Below, piece by piece: positions 8,851 to 18,760 of a DNA stretch of 64,000 bases. Position numbers and translations under genes: made by a program. The notes beneath the pieces were generated by a model. That model had not been told where the DNA came from. It did not search any database and saw nothing but the letters and a program-made list of their open reading frames with translations. Source of the stretch: a bacterium (GTDB lineage: Bacteria; Vulcanimicrobiota; Xenobia; Xenobiales; JADMJV01); assembly GCA_030149525.1 (NCBI GenBank), contig JASBRJ010000282.1, positions 14,491-78,490 on the forward strand. The letters are read 5' to 3'. Position 1 is the first letter of the stretch. Every line of letters begins with the position of its first letter.

Positions 8851-11348
8851 TGGCTGACGATTTAGTCAATATTACCATCGACGGTCACCAGATGGCCGTC
8901 CCCAAAGGCACCCTTCTGGTAGAGGCGGCGCGGCAGATCGGCATAGAGATCCCGGTCTATTGCTATCATCCCAAAATGAAGCCGGTCGGTGCTTGCCGTG
9001 TCTGTTTGGTGGAGGTTGAGAATCAACGTCGACCCATGATGCCGGCCTGTACCACCACGGTGATGCCGGATATGGTCGTTCATACGAGAAGCGACAACGC
9101 CGTCGAGGCGCGGGGTGCCGTGCTGGAATTTCTCTTGATCAACCATCCTCTCGACTGTCCCGTTTGCGACCGGGCCGGAGAATGTGATCTCCAGGACTTT
9201 ACTCAGAAGTATGGGAACGGAAACACCCGATTTATCGAGCAAAAGCGCCACTTTGCCAAGTCTAAACAGGTGGGTAAGAACGTGGTTCTGGACCGCGAGC
9301 GCTGCATCATGTGCCAGCGTTGCGTTCGTTTTTGCGAAGAGATCGCCATGGAAGAGGGGTTGGTCATCGTCGACCGTGGTAACCGCTCGGAGATCGGAAC
9401 CTTCGAAGGACGCTCCTTCGACTCGAAGTTTTCCGGCAACGTCATCGAGCTTTGCCCGGTAGGAGCCCTCACCGCTAAGACCTATCGGTTTGAGTCGCGT
9501 CCCTGGGAGCAACAACACTACGCCGGCATTTGCAATGTCAGTTCCCTGGGCGTGAACATCACCGTGGACGTTCGATACGATGAGGTGGTTCGACTGCGCG
9601 GTCGAATGAACGACGAGATCGACGACGGTTGGTTATCCGACAAGTGTCGCTACAGCCACCTTGCCATTCATTCCGACGACCGAATTCTCAGCCCTATGGT
9701 GAGAAACGATCAGGGCCAACTCACTAAGGTGTCTTGGGCTGCGGCCTTGGAAAGAATTGTTCAAGCGTTTCCAGAGAACGCTTCCCAAATAGGCCTGGCC
9801 GTGGGGACTCGGCTCTCGGTGGAGGACGGGCACATGCTGCTCCGACTCGGCCGAGGCCTGCTCAAAACGCCCAACGTGGTTCACGAGCATGAGGCCGAGA
9901 GTCTAGGCACGAACACTACACTCACCGGTCGGGTGAAAGGTTGCGACGCAGCCGACGTCATACTCTGTCTGGGAAGCGACCCGGCCAAGTCACATCATGA
10001 CTTTGAGTTGAGGATCAAGAAAGGCCTTCGCAACAAGGCCCGTCTGATCTGCATCGGTGAACAACCGGCGCTCGTTGGTTATGCCGACTATCAGGTGATC
10101 GGAGTTGCCTCCGAACTTTGGAGCAAGCTCAAAAAAGAATTGAAGAAAGAGACCACCGAGGAAGAGAGCGGGCTGAGATTTCCCAAGCCTCGCCCGTGGG
10201 AAGCCGGAGGGGAGACCTCGCAGGACTGGGATGCTTTGGTCAAGGAGATCCGGGGAGCCGAAAACGTTCTGGTTGTGGTCTCGGGTGACATCGCAGGGCA
10301 GGGCCTCCAAGACGTGGCCAGGGATGTGGAAGATCTGGGGTGGAACACGGCGCCTCACGGAGTGATCCATCTTCGAAGCGGAGTCAACCCGGTAGGACAC
10401 GAGAGCATCGGCTTAATCCCCGAATGGGACGAGGATGGCAACCAGGCTCTTGCCAAAGCCTGGGAAGGCATGAATACCGACAGCGGTCTGAGCTATGCGG
10501 AAATGTGCCGTGGCAAGACCGAGATGCTACTCGCCTTCGGCTGCAATCCTCTGGCTCAACCTGAATCCAAGAAGCCCAAATTCTTGGTCCAAGCGGCCAC
10601 TCACCCCGATGAAACCACGGAAAAAGCTGATGTGGTGCTCCCTCTCTCCATGTGGGTTGAGTATAACGGTGTTTACATTTCAACCGACGGAACAGTGCAG
10701 TTCAACCGACAAGCTATTTTGCCGCTCGGAGAAGCCCAGCCGGCCTGGTCCATCGCTCGCGAGCTGTGTCTGCGCCTTGGGGCCTCCGACCTCCCGGAAA
10801 ACCCTCGTGCGGTTTACAGCGAGGTCGGGAGCCTCCACGCAGCTCTTGCAGGAGCCACCTACAAAGACTTTCAGACGCCCGGTCAATACCACTGGAGTTA
10901 TCCCCAGCAAGCCGACCTCGGTATGCCGCGCCCCGACCTTTCCGCTATCCCGGTGAAAGAGCCGGACATGCCCATGTGGATGCCCGCGCCACTCACCGGT
11001 TCTACGGTTGAAGGGGCCGGTCGACTTCACCGAGGCCAAACACCGCCTCCGGTTCCCGGTCAGCGCGACCCGCGAGAAATCGCGAAGCTTCTGGGTCTCA
11101 ATCACCCTATGGACAGAACTGCTCCACCTGCGCTCACCGCCGGCGGCGCGGAGAAAAAGGACGGTTATATACCGCTCCGGGTGGTCCCATCAACTTCAGC
11201 TGAACCGGCCGGTCCCACCCCTGCCGGACGACACCACGAGATCGGGGTTGGACCAAGGCGACGCGTAGCGGTGCCTGTTGCCCAAACCGCTTTACTAGAG
11301 GCGTCCGACGCCGCCGACAACACTACGGAAGATGGGGGCGAAGAATAG
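8850..11348 (+). CDS. nuoG: NADH-quinone oxidoreductase subunit G (75 kDa) with Pro/Ala-rich low-complexity C-terminal extension
   Basis: N-terminal 2Fe-2S (CYHPKMKPVGACRVC) and 4Fe-4S (CPVCDRAGEC, CIMCQRCVRFC) motifs, then a molybdopterin-like domain. The last ~130 aa are low-complexity P/A/G-rich. Confidence 0.9.
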   Translation: MADDLVNITIDGHQMAVPKGTLLVEAARQIGIEIPVYCYHPKMKPVGACRVCLVEVENQRRPMMPACTTTVMPDMVVHTRSDNAVEARGAVLEFLLINHPLDCPVCDRAGECDLQDFTQKYGNGNTRFIEQKRHFAKSKQVGKNVVLDRERCIMCQRCVRFCEEIAMEEGLVIVDRGNRSEIGTFEGRSFDSKFSGNVIELCPVGALTAKTYRFESRPWEQQHYAGICNVSSLGVNITVDVRYDEVVRLRGRMNDEIDDGWLSDKCRYSHLAIHSDDRILSPMVRNDQGQLTKVSWAAALERIVQAFPENASQIGLAVGTRLSVEDGHMLLRLGRGLLKTPNVVHEHEAESLGTNTTLTGRVKGCDAADVILCLGSDPAKSHHDFELRIKKGLRNKARLICIGEQPALVGYADYQVIGVASELWSKLKKELKKETTEEESGLRFPKPRPWEAGGETSQDWDALVKEIRGAENVLVVVSGDIAGQGLQDVARDVEDLGWNTAPHGVIHLRSGVNPVGHESIGLIPEWDEDGNQALAKAWEGMNTDSGLSYAEMCRGKTEMLLAFGCNPLAQPESKKPKFLVQAATHPDETTEKADVVLPLSMWVEYNGVYISTDGTVQFNRQAILPLGEAQPAWSIARELCLRLGASDLPENPRAVYSEVGSLHAALAGATYKDFQTPGQYHWSYPQQADLGMPRPDLSAIPVKEPDMPMWMPAPLTGSTVEGAGRLHRGQTPPPVPGQRDPREIAKLLGLNHPMDRTAPPALTAGGAEKKDGYIPLRVVPSTSAEPAGPTPAGRHHEIGVGPRRRVAVPVAQTALLEASDAADNTTEDGGEE

Positions 11349-12460
11349 TGGAACCCATACTTGCGCTCGAACTGATCGTTCGGGCTGTCATCGTTTCCGC
11401 ACTTTTGCAGCTAGCTTTCGCTATGATGACTCGCTGGGAACGTCGAGCGATGGCCCAAATGCAATGGCGTATCGGTCCCAACCGGGCCGGTCCGGCGGGG
11501 ATTTTCCAGCCGTTCGCCGACGGGTTGAAGCTTCTCTTCAAAGAGCAACTCATGCCCGACGGAGCCAGACCGTTCTTGTACCTGGTAGCTCCGTGTATCT
11601 CTTTGGTCGTGGCTCTCACTTCCTTTTCGGTCATACCGACGCAGTTAGGTAACTGGCCTTTCCCGGTAGAGGGTCGAAGTCTCTTTCAGATTGCCGACAT
11701 CGACGTGGGAGTTCTGTTCTTGCTGGGCATCACATCTCTCTCCGTCTACGGCATTGTGCTGGGAGGGTGGGCTTCCGGAAATAAATACAGTCTCATAGGT
11801 TCCATCCGCGCAAGCGCTCAGATGGTGAGTTACGAATTGGCCCTGGGGACCGCTCTTCTCTCTCCGCTGCTGATGGTCGGCTCGCTCTCTTTCAGAGAGA
11901 TTGCCCAATTCCAGAGTGGAGGAGCCTGGCTTGTTTTGTCTCAGCCCCTGGCCGCGATCATCTTTATGATTTCGGCCTTGGCGGAGACCAATCGGGCCCC
12001 GTTTGACCTTCCCGAAGCCGAGCAAGAGCTGGGGGCAGGGTTTCACACCGAGTACAGCGGGATGCGTTTCAGTCTTTTCTTTATGGCTGAATACATCGCT
12101 ATGATCACGGTCAGCTCGGTTTTGGTTACGGTCTTCTTCGGCGGGCCGATCTTGCTGCCGTTCATGTCGGCCGACGCCTTCCTGTTTTCCGAATCTTTCT
12201 TCTGGTACGCTTTCAAGATCCTGATCTGCATGTTCTGTTTCATCTGGATCAGAGCCACTTTTCCGCGTTTTCGATACGACCAGTTGATGAACATCGGCTG
12301 GAGAGTCCTCCTTCCTTTAGGCCTGATGAATCTCGCCATTACCGCAGTAGGCGTGGTTTTTCAAATGCCCTGGTGGGGATACACCATCGCCATTTGTGGT
12401 GCGGTCGCTCTTCTCTATGTAGGGGGCAAGCTTAGCCGACGTCAGGAGTCAAATCACTAG
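11348..12460 (+). CDS. nuoH: NADH-quinone oxidoreductase subunit H
   Basis: MQWRIGPNRAGPxGxFQPFADGLKL NuoH/ND1 signature; 8 predicted TM helices. Confidence 0.9.
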   Translation: MEPILALELIVRAVIVSALLQLAFAMMTRWERRAMAQMQWRIGPNRAGPAGIFQPFADGLKLLFKEQLMPDGARPFLYLVAPCISLVVALTSFSVIPTQLGNWPFPVEGRSLFQIADIDVGVLFLLGITSLSVYGIVLGGWASGNKYSLIGSIRASAQMVSYELALGTALLSPLLMVGSLSFREIAQFQSGGAWLVLSQPLAAIIFMISALAETNRAPFDLPEAEQELGAGFHTEYSGMRFSLFFMAEYIAMITVSSVLVTVFFGGPILLPFMSADAFLFSESFFWYAFKILICMFCFIWIRATFPRFRYDQLMNIGWRVLLPLGLMNLAITAVGVVFQMPWWGYTIAICGAVALLYVGGKLSRRQESNH

Positions 12461-12489
12461 AGACCGTGGGTCTCGAAGAATGAAGAGTT

Positions 12490-13113
12490 ATGGATAGAGT
12501 CATAGACGATCTGATCGCCCTTGGTAAGGGACTCAGCATCACTTTCAAAAATTATCTTGAGAAACCGGTTACCAAGCAGTATCCGGAAGAGAAAAGGGAC
12601 ATCCCCAAGCGGGCTCGTGGTCGTCACGTGCTCCATCGCTACAACGACGGGCTGGAGCGTTGCGTGGGTTGTCTGCTCTGTCAGGGCACCTGTCCGGCCG
12701 GGGCTATCTACATTGAAGCTGAGGAGAACGACAAGGAGAATCCCGTCTCCAAGGGAGAGCGGCACGCCAAAGTCTTCGATGTCGATCTCCTGCGTTGTAT
12801 TTACTGCGGGCACTGTGAAATGGCTTGTCCGACCAACGCCATTACCCTGGAGAACAACACCGCGCTCGCAGGATTTACTCGTGAATCGCTTCTCATGCAC
12901 AAAGAAGACCTTCTGGAACCCGAAGGAAGCTCCACCCTGGGGACCACCGAGTACTGGGACCCGAAACCTCCGGAGGATTTGAGCCATCGAGTTCCTGCTC
13001 AAACCGGCGAGTTTGACGGCTCTTCCACCTCAGCGGCCGCCGTTGGTCGAGGCGACCTGGATCTGAACAAAGCTCCCAAGAAGCCTACCCGAAAGGAGGG
13101 CGATAATGCCTGA
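12490..13113 (+). CDS. nuoI: NADH-quinone oxidoreductase subunit I (2x4Fe-4S) with disordered C-terminal tail
   Basis: Two CxxCxxCxxxCP ferredoxin motifs (CVGCLLCQGTCP, CIYCGHCEMACP), plus a ~60-aa Ser/Pro/Glu-rich C-terminal tail. Confidence 0.88.
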   Translation: MDRVIDDLIALGKGLSITFKNYLEKPVTKQYPEEKRDIPKRARGRHVLHRYNDGLERCVGCLLCQGTCPAGAIYIEAEENDKENPVSKGERHAKVFDVDLLRCIYCGHCEMACPTNAITLENNTALAGFTRESLLMHKEDLLEPEGSSTLGTTEYWDPKPPEDLSHRVPAQTGEFDGSSTSAAAVGRGDLDLNKAPKKPTRKEGDNA

Positions 13114-13612
13114 TATTCTTCTGGCTTTTGTGGGAGGAGTCACCCTGCTGGCCGCACTTGGGGTCATCTTGAGTAAAGAAGCCGTCCACAGCGCACTCTT
13201 TCTAACGGTTCATCTTCTCGGAATCGGAGCGCTCTTTTTAGCCCTCAATCACCAGTTTCTTGCAGTGGCACAGATGCTTGTTTATGCCGGTGCGGTGATG
13301 GTCGTTTTCATGTTCGCCGTGACAACGCTTTCGCCCGAGGAAGAGCCCCTGAAACTCACCGGTTCCGACGGTTTCCCTCTGCTGGGAATGGTGGCCGGCC
13401 TGGGTGCCTTTGGAGCGATTTACTGGGGTCTTTCCACCTCCGGTCTATCCGGTCACAAGGCTGTGAGTGACGGCCTCGTCGCTCCTTCGTCCTTCGCATC
13501 GGACCTCTTCGGGCCGTTTCTGTTGCCTTTTGAAGGAACGGCTTTTCTGCTCCTCACCGCTCTCATCGGCGCGGTACTCTTAGGGGGAAGGCGGCAAATA
13601 GGAGATGGCTAA
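13106..13612 (+). CDS. nuoJ: NADH-quinone oxidoreductase subunit J
   Basis: NuoJ/ND6-like TM protein in the expected operon position; overlaps nuoI by 8 nt. Confidence 0.8.
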   Translation: MPDILLAFVGGVTLLAALGVILSKEAVHSALFLTVHLLGIGALFLALNHQFLAVAQMLVYAGAVMVVFMFAVTTLSPEEEPLKLTGSDGFPLLGMVAGLGAFGAIYWGLSTSGLSGHKAVSDGLVAPSSFASDLFGPFLLPFEGTAFLLLTALIGAVLLGGRRQIGDG

Positions 13613-13934
13613 TTCGCCTGAATTTTTCTTGGTGCTCTCGGCTCTGATCTTCTGTCTCGGTCTGATCGGACTAATAATCAGAAGAAACCCGCTGGTCATG
13701 TTTATGAGTATCGAGTTGATGCTCAACGCCGCAAATCTTGCCTTCATGACTTTCAGTCGATTTCCACCGGCCAATCGGGTCTCTCTCGGCAGTCCTTCCG
13801 ACGGACCTGCCTTCACTTTCGTCGTTATGACGATCGCCGCCGCAGAAGCGGTTGTGGGCCTGGCCATCATTATTACTATTTTTAGGAATAGACACTCGGT
13901 AGATGTCGACGCCCTTACGAGTCTGAAGGGTTAG
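13605..13934 (+). CDS. nuoK: NADH-quinone oxidoreductase subunit K
   Basis: 100-aa three-TM protein with SIELMLNAANLAF NuoK/ND4L signature. Confidence 0.85.
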   Translation: MANSPEFFLVLSALIFCLGLIGLIIRRNPLVMFMSIELMLNAANLAFMTFSRFPPANRVSLGSPSDGPAFTFVVMTIAAAEAVVGLAIIITIFRNRHSVDVDALTSLKG

Positions 13935-13954
13935 CGATAGGTGAGGAAGATTCC

Positions 13955-15865
13955 ATGAACACAAGTTTTGACATAATGGCTTTGACTTTAGCCTTGCCTT
14001 TACTGGGGGCTTTCTCAGTGGGCGCGTTCGGCAAAAGTTGGGGCAAAAGAGTGAGCGCCTTCGTTGCCTCAAGCGCCGTGGCACTCTCCTTTCTGGTGAC
14101 TCTGTTCTCCATTTTCAGGGTTCACTTGAACCAGGTCGCATCCACCCGCTCCGTCGATCTCTGGCACTGGGCGTCTTTTAAGGTTTTTGATCAGGTGACC
14201 GATGTCTCTTTCGGTCTTTACATCGATGCCCTGAGCTTAACGCTGATGTCGGTGGTCACCGGGGTAGGCTTTCTCATCCACTGGTTCAGTGCCGAATACA
14301 TGGAGCACGATCCTGAGTACACCCGTTTCTTCTGCCTGCTCAACATCTTCATTGCCGCCATGACTCTTTTGGTTCTAGCTAATAACTTGGCTGTTCTCAT
14401 CGTCGGGTGGGGAGGAGTCGGATTCGCGTCTTTCTCTCTTATCGGATTTTGGAGAGAGAAGCCGAGCGCCGCAGAGGCTTCAAAAAAGGCTTTTGTGATG
14501 AACGTGGTGGGCGACGTCGGTCTCATGCTTTCCGTCTTCGTTCTGGTTATTAAAGTGGGAGTGCTCGACTACAAGACGCTTCTGAGTGATAGCCAGATTC
14601 AAGTCCTTCAGTCCGACCCTTCCACCTTCGTTTGGCTCGGACTGGTGCTCGGTGGGCTTTTGGTAGGAGCCTACGCCAAGTCGGCGCAACTGCCTCTCCA
14701 CACCTGGCTTCCGGACGCCATGGAGGGTCCCACTCCTGTTTCCGCTCTGATCCACGCTGCCACCATGGTGACGGCGGGGGTCTATCTGCTGGTGAGGATG
14801 CACCCGCTGTTTGAACTGATGCCCGGTATGATGAATTTCATCGCTATCATGGGTGCGGTCACCGCGCTTTTCGCCGCCTGCTGCGCTATGGTTCAGAACG
14901 ATCTCAAACGAGTGCTCGCTTACTCCACCATGAGTCAACTCGGGTATATGTTCCTGGCTGTCGGAGTAGGAGCCTACGGTGCGGCCGTTTTTCATCTGAT
15001 CACCCACGCTTTCTTCAAGGCTTTGCTCTTCTTAACTGCTGGAATCGTCATTCATACGGCTCACGGTGAGCAGGATATGCGACGTCTCGGTGGGTTGTCG
15101 AAGGACATCCCCTACACTTGCTTTATGTTCGGGGTGGGGGGCGCGGCGCTGGCCGGTATCCCTCTCACTTCCGGATACTTCAGCAAGGAAGCGATTCTCC
15201 ACGCCGCTCACGAGAGCCCGACGTCCGGTGGACTCCTCTTTTTAGTCGGAGCCGGCGTAGCCATAATGACCGCCTTCTATACTTTTCGTGCCTTCTTTAT
15301 GACTTTTTTTGGTCCGCAGAGGATCGAACATCCCCATCTTCCGGGTGGACCCACCGTCCTCAGCTGTACGGTGCTCACCGTGCTGGCTGTGGTGGCCGGA
15401 TTCTTCGACCAGCGTCTTTCCAACTGCTTTGGACCTGAGACGGCGGGGAGCGGTTTTGAAATCCATCCCGAGGTCTTGAGTGCCTCTGCCATGGGGGTCA
15501 CTGCTATGGTCCTGGTGGCGGTGTTCGCCGCTTACGCCTTATACGGTCGAGGGCAGCATGACAAGCTTGGCCAAAATTCTACGCTTCTGAATTTCTGTCG
15601 CAACGGACTCGGATTCGATCAAGCTTACGGAATGCTCTCCGGAGGATTCGTCCTCCTAGCACGTTTAGCACGCAACGGTCTCGAAAAGCTGCTGTCCGGC
15701 TCTTTCCCGGAGTTGTTAGGGGGCTCTTTTGTGACGATGGGCACACTCTTGAAGGAGACTCAGACAGGCCAGACCCGGCACTACATGGTGTGCATGGTGG
15801 TCTCCGTGGTCGTGCTCTTGGTCTACTGCCTACTGCTGAGCGGAGGATCCAACTATGCTGCTTAA
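13955..15865 (+). CDS. nuoL: NADH-quinone oxidoreductase subunit L
   Basis: 636-aa antiporter-like subunit (WLPDAMEGPTPVSALIHAATMVTAG) with C-terminal amphipathic extension; RBS aggaag upstream. Confidence 0.88.
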   Translation: MNTSFDIMALTLALPLLGAFSVGAFGKSWGKRVSAFVASSAVALSFLVTLFSIFRVHLNQVASTRSVDLWHWASFKVFDQVTDVSFGLYIDALSLTLMSVVTGVGFLIHWFSAEYMEHDPEYTRFFCLLNIFIAAMTLLVLANNLAVLIVGWGGVGFASFSLIGFWREKPSAAEASKKAFVMNVVGDVGLMLSVFVLVIKVGVLDYKTLLSDSQIQVLQSDPSTFVWLGLVLGGLLVGAYAKSAQLPLHTWLPDAMEGPTPVSALIHAATMVTAGVYLLVRMHPLFELMPGMMNFIAIMGAVTALFAACCAMVQNDLKRVLAYSTMSQLGYMFLAVGVGAYGAAVFHLITHAFFKALLFLTAGIVIHTAHGEQDMRRLGGLSKDIPYTCFMFGVGGAALAGIPLTSGYFSKEAILHAAHESPTSGGLLFLVGAGVAIMTAFYTFRAFFMTFFGPQRIEHPHLPGGPTVLSCTVLTVLAVVAGFFDQRLSNCFGPETAGSGFEIHPEVLSASAMGVTAMVLVAVFAAYALYGRGQHDKLGQNSTLLNFCRNGLGFDQAYGMLSGGFVLLARLARNGLEKLLSGSFPELLGGSFVTMGTLLKETQTGQTRHYMVCMVVSVVVLLVYCLLLSGGSNYAA

Positions 15866-17264
15866 TCTTGTGCTTGCCGTACCGATCTTCTCAGGTCTTG
15901 CGGCTTATCTTATGCGCCAATCCGGTGCCAAGAGCTTCGCGGCCTTGATCGCCTCGGTCCAGACGCTTTTAGCCATCTATTTAGGTTTCACCGGATACCC
16001 CCAGGGGGTCAGCTACAGCGTAGAGTGGCTTCCGCAGTTTGGCCTCTATTGGTCCCTAGGTCTTGATGGGGCTAACTTTCTGCTCGTCCTCTTGACGCCC
16101 GTGATCACCTGGCTCGCTATTCTGGCAACGCCCGACGACACGCCGAAGCTCGCCTCCTATGTGGCAAGCCTTCTTCTGCTGGACGGCTTCTTGAGTGGCC
16201 TGTTCCTGTCCCAGAACCTCGGCCTGTTCTACATATTTTTTGAGGCGATGCTCCTGCCCGCCCTGGTCTTGATCGCCGGTTGGTCCAAAGTCGACGCAGG
16301 AAAGACCGCTCTCAAATTTCTCATCTACACCATGGTCGGCTCGCTGCCGATGTTACTGGCGGTCCTGGTTCTCTTCTTTACCGGTGTTGGAGGAGAGAGT
16401 CTTGAGTTCTCTCAGATGACTCTCGACCCTGACAAGCAGATCTTTCTATTCTATCCATTTCTTCTCGCCTTCCTGGTGAAGATGCCCATATTCCCTCTTC
16501 ACGGCTGGTTGCCGACTCTCTACAAGAACGCGCCGCCCACGGTGACGGCGGTGATTGCGGCCCTGATGAGTAAAGCCGGAACCTACGGACTTTTCAAGGT
16601 CGGTCTGGTCGTCTTCCCCGACGCCTTCTCGGAGGTGAGTTCGAGCCTTGCTGTTCTGGCAGTGGCCAGCATCATTTACGGAGCGCTCACGGCCCTGGGT
16701 TCGGATTCCGTTCGGGAGGTTCTGGCTTACTCCAGTCTCTCCCATATCGCAATGATCGCCTTCGGCATGGCGAGCCTGACAATAAACGGCAACGCCGGCG
16801 CAAGTTTACAAATGGCGGCCCACGCCGTTGCAACCGGAGGGTTATTCCTGGTGGTCGCCGTGATGGACAGGCGCCATCTTCCGGATCAGTTGAGGCGTTT
16901 TGGTGGCTTATCAAAGCACTGCCCTCGCCTGGCTGTTCTGGCCCTGTTCCTCACTCTCGCTTCACTGGGACAACCTGGCTTGGGCTCGTTCCCGGCTGAA
17001 CTCTTCATTCTCACTGGAACCTGGGGAAGATTCTCCGTTCTTACCGTCGTCGCGGCGTCGGCCATCGTTTTGGCTGCAGCCTATCTGCTTCGATGGTATC
17101 AGAAACTTTTTACCGGTCCTGAGGGAACTTACCGAAAACCGGACGACCTGGACTCTCTGGAGAGCTTTCTCTTGTCGGTTCCCATCGCCCTGAGCCTCGT
17201 CATGGGATTCTTCCCCTCCTGGTTCATGGTTCCGGTACGACTCTGGTTGGAAGGCAAACTGTAA
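15855..17264 (+). CDS. nuoM: NADH-quinone oxidoreductase subunit M
   Basis: Antiporter-like subunit, 469 aa, in NuoM position. Confidence 0.85.
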   Translation: MLLNLVLAVPIFSGLAAYLMRQSGAKSFAALIASVQTLLAIYLGFTGYPQGVSYSVEWLPQFGLYWSLGLDGANFLLVLLTPVITWLAILATPDDTPKLASYVASLLLLDGFLSGLFLSQNLGLFYIFFEAMLLPALVLIAGWSKVDAGKTALKFLIYTMVGSLPMLLAVLVLFFTGVGGESLEFSQMTLDPDKQIFLFYPFLLAFLVKMPIFPLHGWLPTLYKNAPPTVTAVIAALMSKAGTYGLFKVGLVVFPDAFSEVSSSLAVLAVASIIYGALTALGSDSVREVLAYSSLSHIAMIAFGMASLTINGNAGASLQMAAHAVATGGLFLVVAVMDRRHLPDQLRRFGGLSKHCPRLAVLALFLTLASLGQPGLGSFPAELFILTGTWGRFSVLTVVAASAIVLAAAYLLRWYQKLFTGPEGTYRKPDDLDSLESFLLSVPIALSLVMGFFPSWFMVPVRLWLEGKL

Positions 17265-18760
17265 TGTTGACCATCTTCGCAAATGCGGCGAGCTTCACTC
17301 CGCCTCAAATCGAATTCTATGACTTGATACCTCTGGCTATCCTGGGATTTTTAGTCGCAGCGACGCTCTGTCTGGAACTCAAGGACGACGATTCGCCGGT
17401 AGTCGACGACGGGGAAGTTCCCCATCGCCCATCGGTGCTGAGCCTGGGCGCCATTTCCCTGGTAGCCCTGCTGGGGTACTACCTCAGCTATAAAGGCAGT
17501 GCGGTAGGACTGAACTTCAACGGAATGCTGTACAGCGATATGCTTGCCAGGGGAGCAGGTGTGTTGATCACTTTATGTGCCCTCCTGGCCATTCTCGCCG
17601 GTCCGGACGAGCTGGAGTACCATCGCAACAAGAGGGGAGGGGAATTCTGCGCGCTGATCTTCGCCTCTTCGCTGGGAATGGTCATGATGGCTTCCGCAGC
17701 CAACACCATGGTGATATTCCTGGGGCTTGAACTCTTCTCGATTGCCCTCTATCTGCTGTGCATTTTCTTCCCGGGCCGGGAGACAAGTCGCGAATCCGGC
17801 ATGAAATACTTCATTCTCAGTTCGGCAGCGTCGGCGGTGATGCTTTACGGGTTCGCCCTGCTCTACGGAGCAACAGGTTCCACCTGGATTTACGAGATGA
17901 GAGCTACAGGCCTTGCCGACACTAACCTCTATCTCATCGGGATGGTGCTGGTTGTTTGCGGGCTACTCTTCAAGCTCGCCGTCGCCCCCTTCCATTTCTG
18001 GGCTCCCGACGTCTATCAAGGCGCTCCTACCACTGTGACGGCCTACATGTCCGTAGCCACCAAAGTGGCAGCGCTTACAGTTCTTTGGCGCATTGTTGAG
18101 CTATTGGGCCAGCAAGGCCCGGGAGAGGTGGTCAATCTCGTCTTGATTTCCCTTTCCGCTCTCTCCATTTTGCTGGGCAACTTCATGGCTTTGGCCCAGA
18201 AGAACGTCAAGCGAATGCTGGCCTATTCCGGAGTAGCCAATGCCGGCTACCTGTTGATAGCGCCCGCCATCTGGATTGACATGAAAGACGCCATGATGCT
18301 TTTTCTGGCGACCTATTTGGTGGGTAACGTTGGGGCTTTTCTGGCTGTTGCCCAAGCTGAAGCCTATTGCGGAAAGGAATTGGAAAGAGAGGACCTACGA
18401 GGTCTTTTTCAGCGGCAGCCTTGGATTACCGGAAGCCTGGCACTCTGCCTAGTATCCTTGACCGGTCTGCCTCCTGCTGCCGGTTTCATGGGCAAATTCT
18501 TTCTCTTCGGTCAGGCCATAGCTACCGGTCGACTGGCGCTTCCGCTTATCGGTATCGTGGGTTCGCTCTTGGGTGCAGCCTATTACATCGGCACCGCTAT
18601 CCAACTGTTCACTGCACCGGAGGAAGGTTCTGAAGAGAGCCAGATTGGGCAGGAGCCGTCGACGGTGTCGCAGACAGCTCTTGGAATCTGCTGTGCAGGC
18701 GTCGTTGTTCTGGGGTTTGCTCCCAATCTGTTCCTAAACTGGTTCGCCGGGGGACTCTGA
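17264..18760 (+). CDS. nuoN: NADH-quinone oxidoreductase subunit N
   Basis: Antiporter-like subunit, 498 aa, last gene of the operon. Its 3' end overlaps the convergent AI-2E gene by 27 nt. Confidence 0.85.
   Translation: MLTIFANAASFTPPQIEFYDLIPLAILGFLVAATLCLELKDDDSPVVDDGEVPHRPSVLSLGAISLVALLGYYLSYKGSAVGLNFNGMLYSDMLARGAGVLITLCALLAILAGPDELEYHRNKRGGEFCALIFASSLGMVMMASAANTMVIFLGLELFSIALYLLCIFFPGRETSRESGMKYFILSSAASAVMLYGFALLYGATGSTWIYEMRATGLADTNLYLIGMVLVVCGLLFKLAVAPFHFWAPDVYQGAPTTVTAYMSVATKVAALTVLWRIVELLGQQGPGEVVNLVLISLSALSILLGNFMALAQKNVKRMLAYSGVANAGYLLIAPAIWIDMKDAMMLFLATYLVGNVGAFLAVAQAEAYCGKELEREDLRGLFQRQPWITGSLALCLVSLTGLPPAAGFMGKFFLFGQAIATGRLALPLIGIVGSLLGAAYYIGTAIQLFTAPEEGSEESQIGQEPSTVSQTALGICCAGVVVLGFAPNLFLNWFAGGL

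Noticed and set aside
8862-11105. Multiple 85-220-aa minus-strand ORFs inside nuoG (e.g. 8862-9518, 9990-10400, 10680-11105)
   Set aside because: They are antisense to the confidently identified nuoG frame and are low-complexity, Arg/Pro-rich translations typical of GC-rich antisense strands.
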